DNA of 61,889 nt, filler included, from a bacterium (GCA_043817485.1; 8 parts of 8 records of this genome joined end to end with filler, not necessarily neighbours in it), one strand, 5' to 3'; shown: positions 50,887 to 61,823, counted from the whole stretch's first letter. Notes: generated by a model from the letters alone, not told the origin. Translations and numbers: made by a program.

Positions 50887-52452
50887 ATGAGTAATTTTGT
50901 AGAAATTTATGATACTACTTTAAGAGATGGAACACAAGGAGAAGGTATTTCTTTTTCCGTAGAAGATAAAATAAGAATTGCTTTAAAATTAGATAGTTTA
51001 GGATTTCATTATATTGAAGGTGGTTGGCCTGGTTCAAATCCAAAAGATGTAGAATTTTTTAAAAAAATTAAAAAAGAAAATCTTAAAAATGCTAAAATAT
51101 GTGCTTTTGGAAGTACTCGTCGAGCAAAAAATAAAGTAAATGAAGATACAAATATAAAAGCCCTTATTGATGCAGAAACACCAGTAGTTACTATTTTTGG
51201 CAAAAGCTGGCTTTTACATGTAAAAAATGTATTAAATATTGATGAAAAAACTAATTTAGATTTAATTCTTGATTCTATACAATATCTTAAAAGTAAAGTA
51301 AAAGAAGTTTTTTTTGATGCTGAACATTTTTTTGATGGATTTAAAGATAATGCAAATTATGCATTAGAAGTTCTTAAAAAAGCTCAAGAAGCAAAGGCTG
51401 ATAGAATAATTCTTTGTGATACTAATGGAGGAACACTTACAGATGAAGTAATAAAAATAATAAAAGAAGTTAAAAAAATAATAACAATACCATTAGGAAT
51501 TCACGCTCATAATGATTCTGATTTAGCTGTTGCTAATTCTTTAGTAGCAGTACAATCAGGAATATCTCAAGTACAAGGAACTATAAATGGTTATGGAGAA
51601 AGATGTGGTAATGCAAATTTATGTTCTATAATTCCAAATTTAAAATTAAAGTTAAATATAAATTGTATTTTAGATCAAAATTTAAAAGAATTAACAAATA
51701 TTTCTATTTTTGTAAGTGAATTAGCTAATTTATTGCCTTTAAAATCACAGCCTTTTGTAGGAACAAGTGCTTTTGCTCATAAAGGTGGTATTCATGTAGA
51801 TGCTATTAATAAAGAATCGAGAAGTTATGAACATATTCAACCAAAATTAGTTGGAAATACTCAAAGAGTGCTTATATCAGAGCTTTCAGGGCAAAGTAAT
51901 GTATTATATAAAGCTGCTTTATATAATTTAGGAATTACTAAAGATATGCCAGAACTTAAAAATATTTTAGAAGAAGTTAAAAAATTAGAAAAAGAAGGAT
52001 ATCAATTTGAAGAAGCAGAAGGTTCTTTTGAATTATTAATTAAAAAATCTCTTGGACAGCATAAAAAATTTTTTGAATTAGAAAGTTTTAGAGTAATAGT
52101 AGAAAATATAAAAGGAAAAGCAATTTCTGAAGCAACCATCAAACTTAAAATACAAGGACAAAAAAAACATACAGTAAGTGAAGGAAATGGCCCAGTAAAT
52201 GCTTTAGATAATGCTTTAAGAAAATCTTTAGAAGAATTTTATCCTTGTTTAAAAGAAATGCACTTAGCAGATTATAAAGTTAGAATTATTGATAGTCAAA
52301 ATGCTACAAAAGCTACTACACGAGTTCTTATAGAATCAAGAGATAAACACGATATTTGGACTACAGTTGGAGTTTCTGAAAATATTATTGATGCAAGTTG
52401 GCAAGCATTAGTAGATAGCATAGAATATAAATTAATTAAAGAAAAAATATAG
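50887..52452 (+). CDS. cimA: Citramalate synthase
   Basis: [47 protein letters not shown]. Confidence 0.9.
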   Translation: MSNFVEIYDTTLRDGTQGEGISFSVEDKIRIALKLDSLGFHYIEGGWPGSNPKDVEFFKKIKKENLKNAKICAFGSTRRAKNKVNEDTNIKALIDAETPVVTIFGKSWLLHVKNVLNIDEKTNLDLILDSIQYLKSKVKEVFFDAEHFFDGFKDNANYALEVLKKAQEAKADRIILCDTNGGTLTDEVIKIIKEVKKIITIPLGIHAHNDSDLAVANSLVAVQSGISQVQGTINGYGERCGNANLCSIIPNLKLKLNINCILDQNLKELTNISIFVSELANLLPLKSQPFVGTSAFAHKGGIHVDAINKESRSYEHIQPKLVGNTQRVLISELSGQSNVLYKAALYNLGITKDMPELKNILEEVKKLEKEGYQFEEAEGSFELLIKKSLGQHKKFFELESFRVIVENIKGKAISEATIKLKIQGQKKHTVSEGNGPVNALDNALRKSLEEFYPCLKEMHLADYKVRIIDSQNATKATTRVLIESRDKHDIWTTVGVSENIIDASWQALVDSIEYKLIKEKI

Positions 52453-52465
52453 GAGGTTATTAAAA

Positions 52466-53098
52466 ATGTCTATTCAATCTGAACCATTAGGAAAAATAGA
52501 AAAACCACAAGTAGCAGATTATGAAAAAGGAAAAAAACTATTATATTTTATTCCTCTTATTTTTATTCCTCAAAATGCTTCTTCTGATTTTTTAGAATTA
52601 TTAAATAAATATTGGAATGAAATAAATACACAAATAACAAATTTAGAAACAAAATTAGGTAAAGTTAATAAAATATATCATGAATTAATTCCAGAAGAAG
52701 AAAATGAAAAAAAAATAAATGCTATTAAAGAAATAAATCCTCAAGGATTTGAAATGATTAAAAGTAGATTAGATCAAGGTGTCCAATTACAAACTATAGA
52801 AAACAAAGATTTATTAACAGAATTTATGGATTGGGGTAAGTGTTTAACAACACGGCTTCAAAATCAAAAAGTATTAAATCAAATATATGCATTTTATATA
52901 GAAGTTCAGAAAAAAAGAAATGATTACATTCTTCAAAAAATAACAGAAACTTTAAAAGAAACAGAAAAAGGCATTTTAATAATGGGTGAAGGATATCAAA
53001 TTCAATTTCCAGAAGAAATAGAAATATTTTATATTGCTCCACCATCACTTGATGAATTTAAGCATTTAATTAGAAAACATCAAGAAGCAAAAAAATAA
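52466..53098 (+). CDS. Hypothetical protein
   Basis: Strong AGGAGG RBS; co-oriented and tightly spaced; no recognised motif. Confidence 0.7.
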   Translation: MSIQSEPLGKIEKPQVADYEKGKKLLYFIPLIFIPQNASSDFLELLNKYWNEINTQITNLETKLGKVNKIYHELIPEEENEKKINAIKEINPQGFEMIKSRLDQGVQLQTIENKDLLTEFMDWGKCLTTRLQNQKVLNQIYAFYIEVQKKRNDYILQKITETLKETEKGILIMGEGYQIQFPEEIEIFYIAPPSLDEFKHLIRKHQEAKK

Positions 53099-53124
53099 TT
53101 TTAAAAAAACATAGGAGATGATTA

Positions 53125-53586
53125 ATGGTACTATCAAATTTTTTCAAAGAAAACCTTATTATCCTTGATTTAAAAGCAAAAGATAAAAATAATGCTATAA
53201 ATGAAATAATAGAACTTATTTCAAAAAATAAGCAAATTAATAAAGAAGAAGTAAAAGTATCTATATTGGAACGAGAAAAAATGCAAAGTACTGGAATAGG
53301 AAATGGTATTGCTCTTCCTCATGCAAGAATTACATCAATAAAAAATATTATTATTGCTTTTGCTAAATCTAATGAAGGAATTGATTTTAATTCAATAGAT
53401 AATAAATTTGTAAATATATTTTTTATGATTATTGGAAATCCAGAAAAACATAATGAATATCTTGAAATTATATCAAAATTAGCTCGAATTCTTTCTAAAA
53501 AAGAAAATCGTCAATCTATTTTAGATACTGCTTCTCCTAAAAAAATAATAGATTTAATTGATAAAATAGATAAAAAGGAAATTTAA
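53125..53586 (+). CDS. PTS EIIA domain protein (Ntr/fructose type)
   Basis: EREKMQSTGIGNGIALPHAR with the phospho-acceptor His. Confidence 0.9.
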   Translation: MVLSNFFKENLIILDLKAKDKNNAINEIIELISKNKQINKEEVKVSILEREKMQSTGIGNGIALPHARITSIKNIIIAFAKSNEGIDFNSIDNKFVNIFFMIIGNPEKHNEYLEIISKLARILSKKENRQSILDTASPKKIIDLIDKIDKKEI

Positions 53587-53588
53587 AA

Positions 53589-54068
53589 ATGATAATTAAA
53601 AATTTTATAACTTATAATCCAATTGTTATTTCTCCTTCAACTACTTTTCTTGAAATAGTAAACAAATTTTTTGAATATCATTTTGATATTTTACCAGTAG
53701 TTAATACAAAACATCATCTTATTGGAGTAATTTCAAAAGCTGATTTAATAAAAATTTTTATTCCAAAATATTTTGATCTTTTAGATGATCTTTCTTTTGT
53801 TAAAGATTTTGGAGCTTTAGAAATAGATGAAAAACATATTGAATTAATAAAAAACCTTTTTATAGCACATGATTTAATGACTATAAATGTAATTACTGTA
53901 GAAGAAGAAACAACTTTATTAAAAGCAATTACTTTAATGGTAAAAAATCATATAAGATGTCTTCCTGTTTTAAAAGAAAAAAAACTTATAGGAGTTATTT
54001 CCAAAAAAGATATTTTGAAAATATTTTTTAACAAAGAAAATATTCAAAAAAGAGAAAATATTTTATGA
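53589..54068 (+). CDS. CBS-domain pair protein
   Basis: LPVVN..LIGVISKADL and LPVL..LIGVISKKDIL. Confidence 0.9.
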   Translation: MIIKNFITYNPIVISPSTTFLEIVNKFFEYHFDILPVVNTKHHLIGVISKADLIKIFIPKYFDLLDDLSFVKDFGALEIDEKHIELIKNLFIAHDLMTINVITVEEETTLLKAITLMVKNHIRCLPVLKEKKLIGVISKKDILKIFFNKENIQKRENIL

Positions 54069-55354
54069 CAATTAATTATATAGTATCTATATCAATATTT
54101 CTTCTTTTATTTATTTTTATTTGTACGGAAAAAATACATAAAACTATTGTTAGTATGATTTGTGCAGCTTTAATGGTTATTTTTGGAATATTTCGTGGTT
54201 TTTATTCACCAGATAAAGTTATGCAAGCAATTGATTTCAATACACTTGGTTTATTAATAGGAATGATGATTATTGTAAATCATCTTAAACAAACAGGTAT
54301 TTTTAATTATCTATCTATTAAATTATCTAAATTATCTAAAGGAAATTCTTTATATCTTTTTATTTTTTTAACAACTATCACTGCTATAATTTCAATGTGG
54401 ATAGATAATGTTACTACTTTAATTTTAATTGGACCTATAACCATTTTAATTACAAATACTTTAGGAATTTCTTCATTACCTTTTTTAATAGGAGAAGCAT
54501 TTTTATCTAATATTGGCGGAGCAGGAACTATGATTGGAGATCCTCCAAATATTATTATTGGATCAGAAAGTGGTTTAAGTTTTAATAGTTTTATTGTTCA
54601 TCTTATGCCTCCAACAATTATTATGATGATCGTAACTATAATTGTTTTTTGTATTATTTTTCGCAAAGAATTTGAAAAAAATAAAAAAAATATTGAACAT
54701 ATAATGTCTATGGATGAATATGAAGCAATTAAAAAATCTAAAGGATTAAAAAGATGTGCAATAGTTTTATTGATTACTATTGCACTTTTTTTCTTACATC
54801 AAAAATTAGAAATACCACTTTCTTTTATTGCTTTTTTTGGAGCAAGTCTTTTACTTCTTTTAATGAGACCAAACTTAGAAGAAATTTTACAAAAAGTAGA
54901 ATGGCCATCTCTTTTCTTTTTTATGTCTTTATTTATTATTGTTGGAGGGATTGAAAACACTGGTCTTTTAAAAATAATTGGAGCAAAAATATTACCTTTG
55001 GCTCAAACAAATATAGTTTTATGTGCAATATATTTATTTTGGATTTCAATTATTTTATCTGCTATTACTAATAACATTTCATTTACTATAGCTATAGTTC
55101 CAATTATTAAGCATATTAGTATTACAATTCCAAATGCTAATATTTTATGGTGGGCATTAGCTTTAGGTGCTGCTTTTGGAGCAAATGGAACACCTATAGG
55201 ATCTACAGCTAATATAATTGCTATTTCAATAAGTGAAAAAACAAAATATCCAATTACTTTCAAAAATTGGATTAAATATGCTACATTTCCATTATTTATT
55301 GGATGTATAGTAATTTCTTTAATCTTACTTTGTTTCCCAAATTTATTTAATTAA
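54065..55354 (+). CDS. ArsB/NhaD/SLC13-superfamily ion transporter
   Basis: TLGLLIGMM, IDNVTT, SNIGGAGTMIGDPPNIII, GANGTPIGSTAN. Confidence 0.88.
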   Translation: MTINYIVSISIFLLLFIFICTEKIHKTIVSMICAALMVIFGIFRGFYSPDKVMQAIDFNTLGLLIGMMIIVNHLKQTGIFNYLSIKLSKLSKGNSLYLFIFLTTITAIISMWIDNVTTLILIGPITILITNTLGISSLPFLIGEAFLSNIGGAGTMIGDPPNIIIGSESGLSFNSFIVHLMPPTIIMMIVTIIVFCIIFRKEFEKNKKNIEHIMSMDEYEAIKKSKGLKRCAIVLLITIALFFLHQKLEIPLSFIAFFGASLLLLLMRPNLEEILQKVEWPSLFFFMSLFIIVGGIENTGLLKIIGAKILPLAQTNIVLCAIYLFWISIILSAITNNISFTIAIVPIIKHISITIPNANILWWALALGAAFGANGTPIGSTANIIAISISEKTKYPITFKNWIKYATFPLFIGCIVISLILLCFPNLFN

Positions 55355-55366
55355 ATTATACAGAAC

Positions 55367-55396
55367 TTGAACCGACGATTTAAATCGTCGGTTCAA
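55367..55396. repeat. Perfect 30-bp R2 palindrome between convergent genes, possible bidirectional terminator
   Basis: TTGAACCGACGATTT|AAATCGTCGGTTCAA. Confidence 0.85.
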
Positions 55397-55434
55397 ATCG
55401 ATTCACCATTAAAAATAAATAAAAATTATAAACT

Positions 55435-56142
55435 TTACTTATTTTTCAACCATTCAATTTTATCTTGTATTTCTTTTTTAAAAGAACTTTCAGGATAAAA
55501 ATCTATCAATTTTTGATAAGTATTTATTGCTTCTTTTTCTTTATTAGATTTAGCATAAATATCAGCCATAGATATAATTGCATATTCTGCTAAAATAGTA
55601 TTTTTATATTCTTTTTCTACTTGTTTATAATAAAAAATGCTTTTTTCATTATTGTTTAAAGATTTACAACAACTTGCTAAATTTAATTTAATATAAGCAA
55701 TTTCTATAGTTCCTCTAAATTTAAATAAACATTTTTGATATATTTCTGTAGCTTTTTTAAAATTCTTAAGTTCATAATAACAATGACCAGTATATAAAAA
55801 AGCTTCTTTTGCATCTTGAGTAAAAGAATATTTAGATATAATTTTTTGATAAGATTTCAATGCTTTATTATATTTTTCTTCATTAGTGTTAAAAATAATT
55901 CCTTCGTTATTTTCTTTTAATGTTTGATGAAAATATTGATGGGCTTTTTGCAATAATTTTACTGATTGATTCGTAGTTTTATTTATAGATAAATTTACAA
56001 CAAAAATAATTATTAAAAAAGCAATAATTATTCCACCAGCAATTAATATTTGTTGTTTATATTTTTCAATTTTAGATAAAAAACGAAATATTATTTCTGT
56101 AAATGCATCATGTCTCATTTCTTTTCTTGTAATCTTACTCAT
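55435..56142 (-). CDS. Membrane-anchored TPR protein (YfgM-like)
   Basis: MSKITRKEMRHD, one TM helix, TPR repeats; the longer predicted start lies inside tRNA-Arg. Confidence 0.8.
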   Translation of the reverse strand: MSKITRKEMRHDAFTEIIFRFLSKIEKYKQQILIAGGIIIAFLIIIFVVNLSINKTTNQSVKLLQKAHQYFHQTLKENNEGIIFNTNEEKYNKALKSYQKIISKYSFTQDAKEAFLYTGHCYYELKNFKKATEIYQKCLFKFRGTIEIAYIKLNLASCCKSLNNNEKSIFYYKQVEKEYKNTILAEYAIISMADIYAKSNKEKEAINTYQKLIDFYPESSFKKEIQDKIEWLKNK

Positions 56143-56166
56143 ATTTATTTTCCTTTTATTGTTAAG

Positions 56167-56241
56167 TGCGCCTGAGAGGACTCGAACCTCCGACACACGG
56201 TTTAGGAAACCGTTGCTCTATCCATACTGAGCTACAGGCGC
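56167..56241 (-). tRNA. tRNA-Arg(CCT), CCA not encoded
   Basis: GCGCCTGTAGCTCAGTATGGATAGAGCAACGGTTTCCTAAACCGTGTGTCGGAGGTTCGAGTCCTCTCAGGCGCA. Confidence 0.96.
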
Positions 56242-56366
56242 ATTTTAATTTAATCATATTTATTAAGGATAGAACAATCGTAATTATTTATTTTCATATC
56301 ATGCTTATGGTTAATGAACAAAAATATTATATCATTTATTGTCTGTCAATTTTAAAAACAAAAATT

Positions 56367-57671
56367 TTATTTATTTTCTTTAATTCTTTTTTCCCAATAT
56401 TCTAATCTTTCTTTAATAGTTTTTTCAAATCCTAAATTCGTAGGAAAATAAAATTGTTTAAAATCTGGCATATATTCTTGAGAAACAAAATGAAAAGGAT
56501 AATCATGAGGATATTTATAATTTTGCTCATTATCAAGTGTTTCTTTTTTATAATCTGTATTTCTAAGATGATCAGGTACTGGTCTTGATTTGTTTTCCTT
56601 TACCTCATTTAAAGCTTCTGTAATTGCTAAATAAGCAGAATTACTTTTTGGAGCAGTAGCAACATAAATTACTGCTTGTGCTAAAGGAATTCGAGCTTCT
56701 GGCATACCAATAAATTTTATTACTTGCAAAGTAGCATTTGCTAAAACTAAAGCCATTGGATCAGCATTACCTACATCTTCAGCAGCACAAATAACTATTC
56801 TTCGAGCAATAAAAAGAGGATCTTCTCCACAATGAAGCATTTTAGCTAACCAATATAAACTTGCATCTGGATTTGAACCACGCATACTTTTGATAAAAGC
56901 AGAAATAATATCATAATGCATATCTCCATCTTTGTCATATTGAAGAGATTTTTTTTGAATAGATTCTTCGGCAATATGAAGTGTAAAATCAATTTCATTA
57001 TTTTCATTTGGCAATGTAGTTAAAACACCTATTTCTAAAGCATTTAACGCTTTTCTTGCATCTCCATTAGAATATTTAACTAAATGATTTAAGGATTCTT
57101 TATGTAAATTAACTTTATATTGACCTAATCCAAATTCTTTATTTTCAAGAGATTTATTTAAAATTGTTTCTATATTTTTATCTGTTAATGAATTAAATTG
57201 AAAAATGTTTGTACGAGATAATAAAGCAGAATTGATATAAAAATAAGGATTTTCTACAGTAGCACCAATTAAAATAATAATTCCATTTTCTACATCTGGT
57301 AAAAGTGCATCTTGTTGAAGTTTATTAAATCTATGAATTTCATCAATAAAAAGAATAGTTTTTTTAGAATAAAGTTGCCTTCTTTCTTTAGCTTTTTGAA
57401 TATTTTTATGAATATCTGCTACTCCAGAAGTAACCGCATTTATTCGTTCAAAAAAAGATTTTGTTTTTTCTGCAATAATTAAAGCAAGTGCTGTTTTCCC
57501 AGATCCTGGAGGTCCATGAAAAATAATAGAACTTATTCTATCAGATTCAATAGATCTTTTTAATAAAGTATTTGCACCTAAAATATGCTCTTGCCCTACA
57601 AAATCTTCTAAATTTCGAGGCCGTATTTTAGCAGAAAGAGGTAAATCATCAATTTCTTTTTTTAAAACATT
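56367..57671 (-). CDS. rarA: Replication-associated recombination ATPase RarA/MgsA; start lost at contig edge
   Basis: Frame open to the gap: PLSAKIRP, FVGQEH, GPPGSGKT, FIDEIHRFNK, SAFIKSMRGS, EDVGNADP. Confidence 0.93.
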   Translation of the reverse strand, partial: NVLKKEIDDLPLSAKIRPRNLEDFVGQEHILGANTLLKRSIESDRISSIIFHGPPGSGKTALALIIAEKTKSFFERINAVTSGVADIHKNIQKAKERRQLYSKKTILFIDEIHRFNKLQQDALLPDVENGIIILIGATVENPYFYINSALLSRTNIFQFNSLTDKNIETILNKSLENKEFGLGQYKVNLHKESLNHLVKYSNGDARKALNALEIGVLTTLPNENNEIDFTLHIAEESIQKKSLQYDKDGDMHYDIISAFIKSMRGSNPDASLYWLAKMLHCGEDPLFIARRIVICAAEDVGNADPMALVLANATLQVIKFIGMPEARIPLAQAVIYVATAPKSNSAYLAITEALNEVKENKSRPVPDHLRNTDYKKETLDNEQNYKYPHDYPFHFVSQEYMPDFKQFYFPTNLGFEKTIKERLEYWEKRIKENK

Positions 57672-57771
57672 NNNNNNNNNNNNNNNNNNNNNNNNNNNNN
57701 NNNNNNNNNNNNNNNTTAATTAATTAANNNNNNNNNNNNNNNNNNNNNNNNNNNNNNNNNNNNNNNNNNNN
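57672..57771. other. Artificial contig linker
   Basis: N44-TTAATTAATTAA-N44. Confidence 0.98.
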
Positions 57772-58322
57772 TTTTCATAAGTAATTTCTTTTAGTGTTTT
57801 TCCTAATTTATTTGTATGATCAAATCCAATTGAAGTAATTACAGAAATAATTGGATTTACTACATTAGTAGCATCTAATTTTCCGCCTAATCCAGTTTCT
57901 AAAACAACAAAATCTACATTTTTTTCTTGAAAATATAAAAAAGACAAAACAGTAATTACTTCAAAAAAAATAGGTTGAAGATGAAGTTCTTTTATTTTTT
58001 TTTCTAAAAAAGATACTAATCTAATAACATCTTTTTTAGAAATCATTTTTTCATTTATTCTTATTCTTTCCCTAAAATCTATTAAATGAGGAGAAGTAAA
58101 AAGTCCTACTTTAAAATTAGCTTGTTGCAAAATTTGATAAATAAAAACAGATGTAGAGCCTTTTCCATTAGTGCCAGCAATATGAATAAACTTTAAATTT
58201 TTATGTGGATTATTTAAATAATTAAGCAAATATGTAATATTATCTAATTTTTTTTTGCAAGAAAATAAAGAAAGGTTATATAAGTAATCAAGAGATTTTT
58301 TATAATTTTTAATTTGTTCCAT
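57772..58322 (-). CDS. folC: Folylpolyglutamate synthase, 5' part
   Basis: HIAGTNGKGST, TSPHL, ETGLGGKLDATN, SIGFDH. Confidence 0.93.
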
Positions 58323-58325
58323 AAA

Positions 58326-59948
58326 TTACATTTTTTCTGGAATAGAAATTCCTAAAATAGAAAGACTTTTTTTAATTATAATTGAAATTCCTTTGATTAA
58401 ATACAAACGAGCAAGTGTTAAAGAAATATCTTCTGAAATAATTTTATGCTTATTGTAATAACTATGAAAAAGTGTTACTAATTCTAATAAATAAATAACT
58501 AATCTATGTGGTTCAAGATAAATGGCTGAACATAAAACTATTTCAGGATAATAAATAAATTTTTTTAATAATTCAATTTCTTCTGGTTCTTTTAAAAAAT
58601 CTAAATTTATATTTTTTTCTAAATAAATATTTTTTTTCAAAGCAGCAGAAAAAATACTATAACATCGTACATAAGCATATTGAACATAATAAACTGGATT
58701 TTCATTAGAAGTTTTTTTTGCTAATTCTAAATCAAAATCTAAATGACTATTAGAACTACGAATTAAAAAGAAAAATTTAGCAACATCACAAGGAATTTCC
58801 TCCATTAAATCATTTAAACTAATAAATTCACCTTTTCTTTTAGACATTTTTACAATTTGTCCATTACTTAAAAGGCTTACTTGTTGAATAATTAAAATTT
58901 CAAATTTTTCAAAATTGGCTTTACAAGCAACTAATGCTGCTTTTAATCTAAGAATATGTCCACCATGATCTGGTCCCCAAAGATCAATTATCCAATCAAA
59001 TTTTCGTTCATATTTATTAAAATGATAAGCAATATCTGCTAAAAAATATGTTGGTTCTTCTGATGATCTTACTAAAACTCTATCTTTATCATCTTGAAAA
59101 ATAGTAGATTTAAACCATATTGCTCCATCTTTTTTATAAGTAAAATCTTTTTCTTTTAAATACAATAAACATTTATTTACCTTGTTTTGTTCGTGAAGAA
59201 TATTTTCATAAAACCAATTATCAAATATTATTCCATATTTTTCAAGATCTTTTTTTTGTTCTTTAATAATACTTTCAAGTCCAAATTGAATAAAATTTTT
59301 TTTTGTTGGTTCAATGTTTTGTTTAATTATATCTTTTGCAATATCTTTAATATATTCCCCTTGATACCCTGTTTCAGGAAAAACAAAATCTTTATTCAAT
59401 AATTCTAAATATCTTGCTTCAATAGAAAGTCCAAAATTTTCTATTTGAGTGCCTACATTATTAACATAATATTCTTTTTCTACATAAAAACCAGATTCTT
59501 TCAATAGATTACTAATAGCATTTCCTATTGCAGCAGATCGAGCATTAACTACATTAAGTGGGCCTACAGGATTAGCACTTACAAATTCTATTAAAACTTT
59601 TTTTTCTTTTCCATAATCAGATTTTCCAAAATTTTCAGAGAATACAACATTTTGAAGATATTCATATAAATAATTTTTTGAAATAAAAAAATTAATAAAA
59701 CCGGGCTTAATTATTTCTATTTTTTCAAAAACATTTTCTGGAAAATTAAAAAAAGAAATCAATTCTTCAGCAATTTGTAAAGGAGATTTTTTAAATTCTG
59801 TAGCAAAAGACATGGCAATATTAGTAGCAAGATCTCCAAAATTTTTTTGTTTAGGTGGTTCTAAAGAATATTTTGGTAATTTATTAATATTTGATTTTTT
59901 TGCAAAATCAATAAATTGTTCTTGAATTAGTTCATAAATAGATTTCAT
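58326..59948 (-). CDS. argS: Arginyl-tRNA synthetase
   Basis: FGDLATN, EFVSANPVGPL, KMSKRKG, NPVYYVQYAYVR, PEKM. Confidence 0.96.
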   Translation of the reverse strand: MKSIYELIQEQFIDFAKKSNINKLPKYSLEPPKQKNFGDLATNIAMSFATEFKKSPLQIAEELISFFNFPENVFEKIEIIKPGFINFFISKNYLYEYLQNVVFSENFGKSDYGKEKKVLIEFVSANPVGPLNVVNARSAAIGNAISNLLKESGFYVEKEYYVNNVGTQIENFGLSIEARYLELLNKDFVFPETGYQGEYIKDIAKDIIKQNIEPTKKNFIQFGLESIIKEQKKDLEKYGIIFDNWFYENILHEQNKVNKCLLYLKEKDFTYKKDGAIWFKSTIFQDDKDRVLVRSSEEPTYFLADIAYHFNKYERKFDWIIDLWGPDHGGHILRLKAALVACKANFEKFEILIIQQVSLLSNGQIVKMSKRKGEFISLNDLMEEIPCDVAKFFFLIRSSNSHLDFDLELAKKTSNENPVYYVQYAYVRCYSIFSAALKKNIYLEKNINLDFLKEPEEIELLKKFIYYPEIVLCSAIYLEPHRLVIYLLELVTLFHSYYNKHKIISEDISLTLARLYLIKGISIIIKKSLSILGISIPEKM

Positions 59949-60027
59949 TTAAAAACCCTTATTATTTGAAAAACTATAAAAGGAACATTTATCAGAAAAA
60001 AATATGATTTTAAAGTTATTAAAAAAT

Positions 60028-60066
60028 GTTCTTTGCCTTATTAAAATTTCTAATAAGGCAAAGAAC
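60028..60066 (-). terminator. Intrinsic terminator downstream of yidC
   Basis: 16-bp perfect stem GTTCTTTGCCTTATTA/TAATAAGGCAAAGAAC followed by a T-run on the minus strand. Confidence 0.7.
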
Positions 60067-60126
60067 TAGGAGGAGAAAATGAAAAACGAAAAAATGTTCT
60101 AATCATTTTACCATTATTATATTTTT

Positions 60127-61776
60127 TTATTTTTTACCTAATTTTAAATCCATCCATTGTTGAATAATAGTAAAAATATTCATCATTAACCAATAAAGAA
60201 CTAAGCCAGATGGAAAATTCCAAAAAATAAATAACATAATTAAAGGCATAATGTAAACCATTGTTTTTGCTTGATTATCTGCACTCATTGTTGGAGTCAT
60301 TTTTGTTTGAATAATAGTAGTAATTGTCATTAAAATAGGTAAAATATTTATAGACATACTACCTAAATAAAATAAAGTATCTGGTTTTGCTAAATCTTGA
60401 ATCCAAAAAAAACTAGATTGTCTTAATTCAATAGAATAACTTAAAGTTCCAAATAAAGCCACTAAAATAGGCATTTGTAAAAGCATTGGAAAACAACCAC
60501 CAAAAGGATTAACTTTATAGCGACGATATAGTTCCATTATTTCTTTATTTGCTTTTTGTTGATCATTTTTATATTTTGCTTTTATTTCATTTATTGCTGG
60601 TTGAATATTTTGAAGTGCTTTTGTTGATTTCATGCTCCAATGAGTTGTAGGAGAGAGAAGTATTTTAATTAAAAAAGTTAATAAAATAATTGCCCATCCA
60701 TAATTATGAACCCAATCATATAATTTATTTAAAATATTTAACATAAAGACACTAATTCCTTTAAAAATATCCCATCCCATATAAACTATTTTTTCTAAGT
60801 GCAAAGGATTTTTTTCTTTATCTTTTAATTGAGATAATAAATCATATTTTAAAGGGCCTTGATAAATTAAAAACTTATCTATTTGAGATTCTTGAGGTTT
60901 TAAATATAAAGCTGGCATTTTCAAACCAATTGTTGGTAAAGAACTAACTGGTGCAACTACTGCAGATTCTGTTTTATTTAAAGGAACAAGAATAGAAGCA
61001 AAATATTTATTTTTAATTCCTATCCAATTTATATTTCCAAAATATTCTGTTTCTTTTTGTTGTTTAGTAAATTTAGTAAAATTATCAAATTTAGCTTTAT
61101 TATTTTCTAATAAAACTATTTGTGTGTACATAGAAGAATCTTTATTATTTTCTTCTATATGTATTCCAGGCCCCCAAATTAATTTATAACTTCCTTTTTC
61201 TCCAAAACTTATTGGAGTATTTCGAATATTTTTTAATTTAATTTCTAAATCAACTAAGTAAGAATTATTTTCAAAAGAATAAGTTTTAGTAATTTCTAAT
61301 CCATTAGAAAGAGTAGTAACAAAATTTATTTGATGAGAAAGATTTGTATTGTCAAGAATGATATTTTTTTCTAAAGAACATTCGTATATTGTATTAACAT
61401 AAGATAATTTTTCATTTTCTAAGCAAGATATTATTCCAGATGAAAAATTTTGAGAGGTATCAAGAGGAATTAATTTTACATTAGTATTTTCTTTTTCATA
61501 ATACTGTTTTAAAAATACTTGTTTTATGTAAGCACCTTTATTGCTTAAAATTATTTTATAAAAATTATTTTCTACTATTATGTCTTTTTCTTCTATTTGA
61601 GGAGATGAAGAGGTTGATTCTTCTTTTAAAATATTTTCTGTTTGAGGAATTTGTTGTTGGGTAATAATTTTTTGTTCTGGTATTTGTTGAGGCTGTTTTT
61701 TTGTTCCCCACCAAGTCCACCATACCAACATAATAACAAAATATAAAGATAAAGCAATTATAGTTCTTTTTTCCAC
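60127..61776 (-). CDS. yidC: Membrane protein insertase YidC, diderm type with large periplasmic domain
   Basis: NYGWAIILLT, NPFGGCFPMLLQMPI, WIQDLAKPD, PSGLVLYW. Confidence 0.95.
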   Translation of the reverse strand: MEKRTIIALSLYFVIMLVWWTWWGTKKQPQQIPEQKIITQQQIPQTENILKEESTSSSPQIEEKDIIVENNFYKIILSNKGAYIKQVFLKQYYEKENTNVKLIPLDTSQNFSSGIISCLENEKLSYVNTIYECSLEKNIILDNTNLSHQINFVTTLSNGLEITKTYSFENNSYLVDLEIKLKNIRNTPISFGEKGSYKLIWGPGIHIEENNKDSSMYTQIVLLENNKAKFDNFTKFTKQQKETEYFGNINWIGIKNKYFASILVPLNKTESAVVAPVSSLPTIGLKMPALYLKPQESQIDKFLIYQGPLKYDLLSQLKDKEKNPLHLEKIVYMGWDIFKGISVFMLNILNKLYDWVHNYGWAIILLTFLIKILLSPTTHWSMKSTKALQNIQPAINEIKAKYKNDQQKANKEIMELYRRYKVNPFGGCFPMLLQMPILVALFGTLSYSIELRQSSFFWIQDLAKPDTLFYLGSMSINILPILMTITTIIQTKMTPTMSADNQAKTMVYIMPLIMLFIFWNFPSGLVLYWLMMNIFTIIQQWMDLKLGKK

Positions 61777-61823
61777 AAGTATCTCCTTTAATTATATTAT
61801 ATAAAAATTTTAATATTTTTGGA

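Noticed and set aside
56166-56405. Short ORFs overlapping tRNAs or antisense to genes (e.g. 20724-20963, 56166-56405, 425-616, 28159-28455, 29940-30242, 31803-32195, 12745-12984)
   Set aside because: Shadow frames of tRNAs, real genes or the MITE, with no motifs
10818-57771. Seven identical TTAATTAATTAA motifs flanked by Ns
   Set aside because: Artificial contig-joining linkers; ORFs running into them (41322, 41323, 57720) have false ends
60068-60102. AGGAGG followed by a 7-codon ORF (MKNEKMF) between argS and yidC
   Set aside because: Antisense to both neighbours and too short to support; no T-box motif seen for argS either
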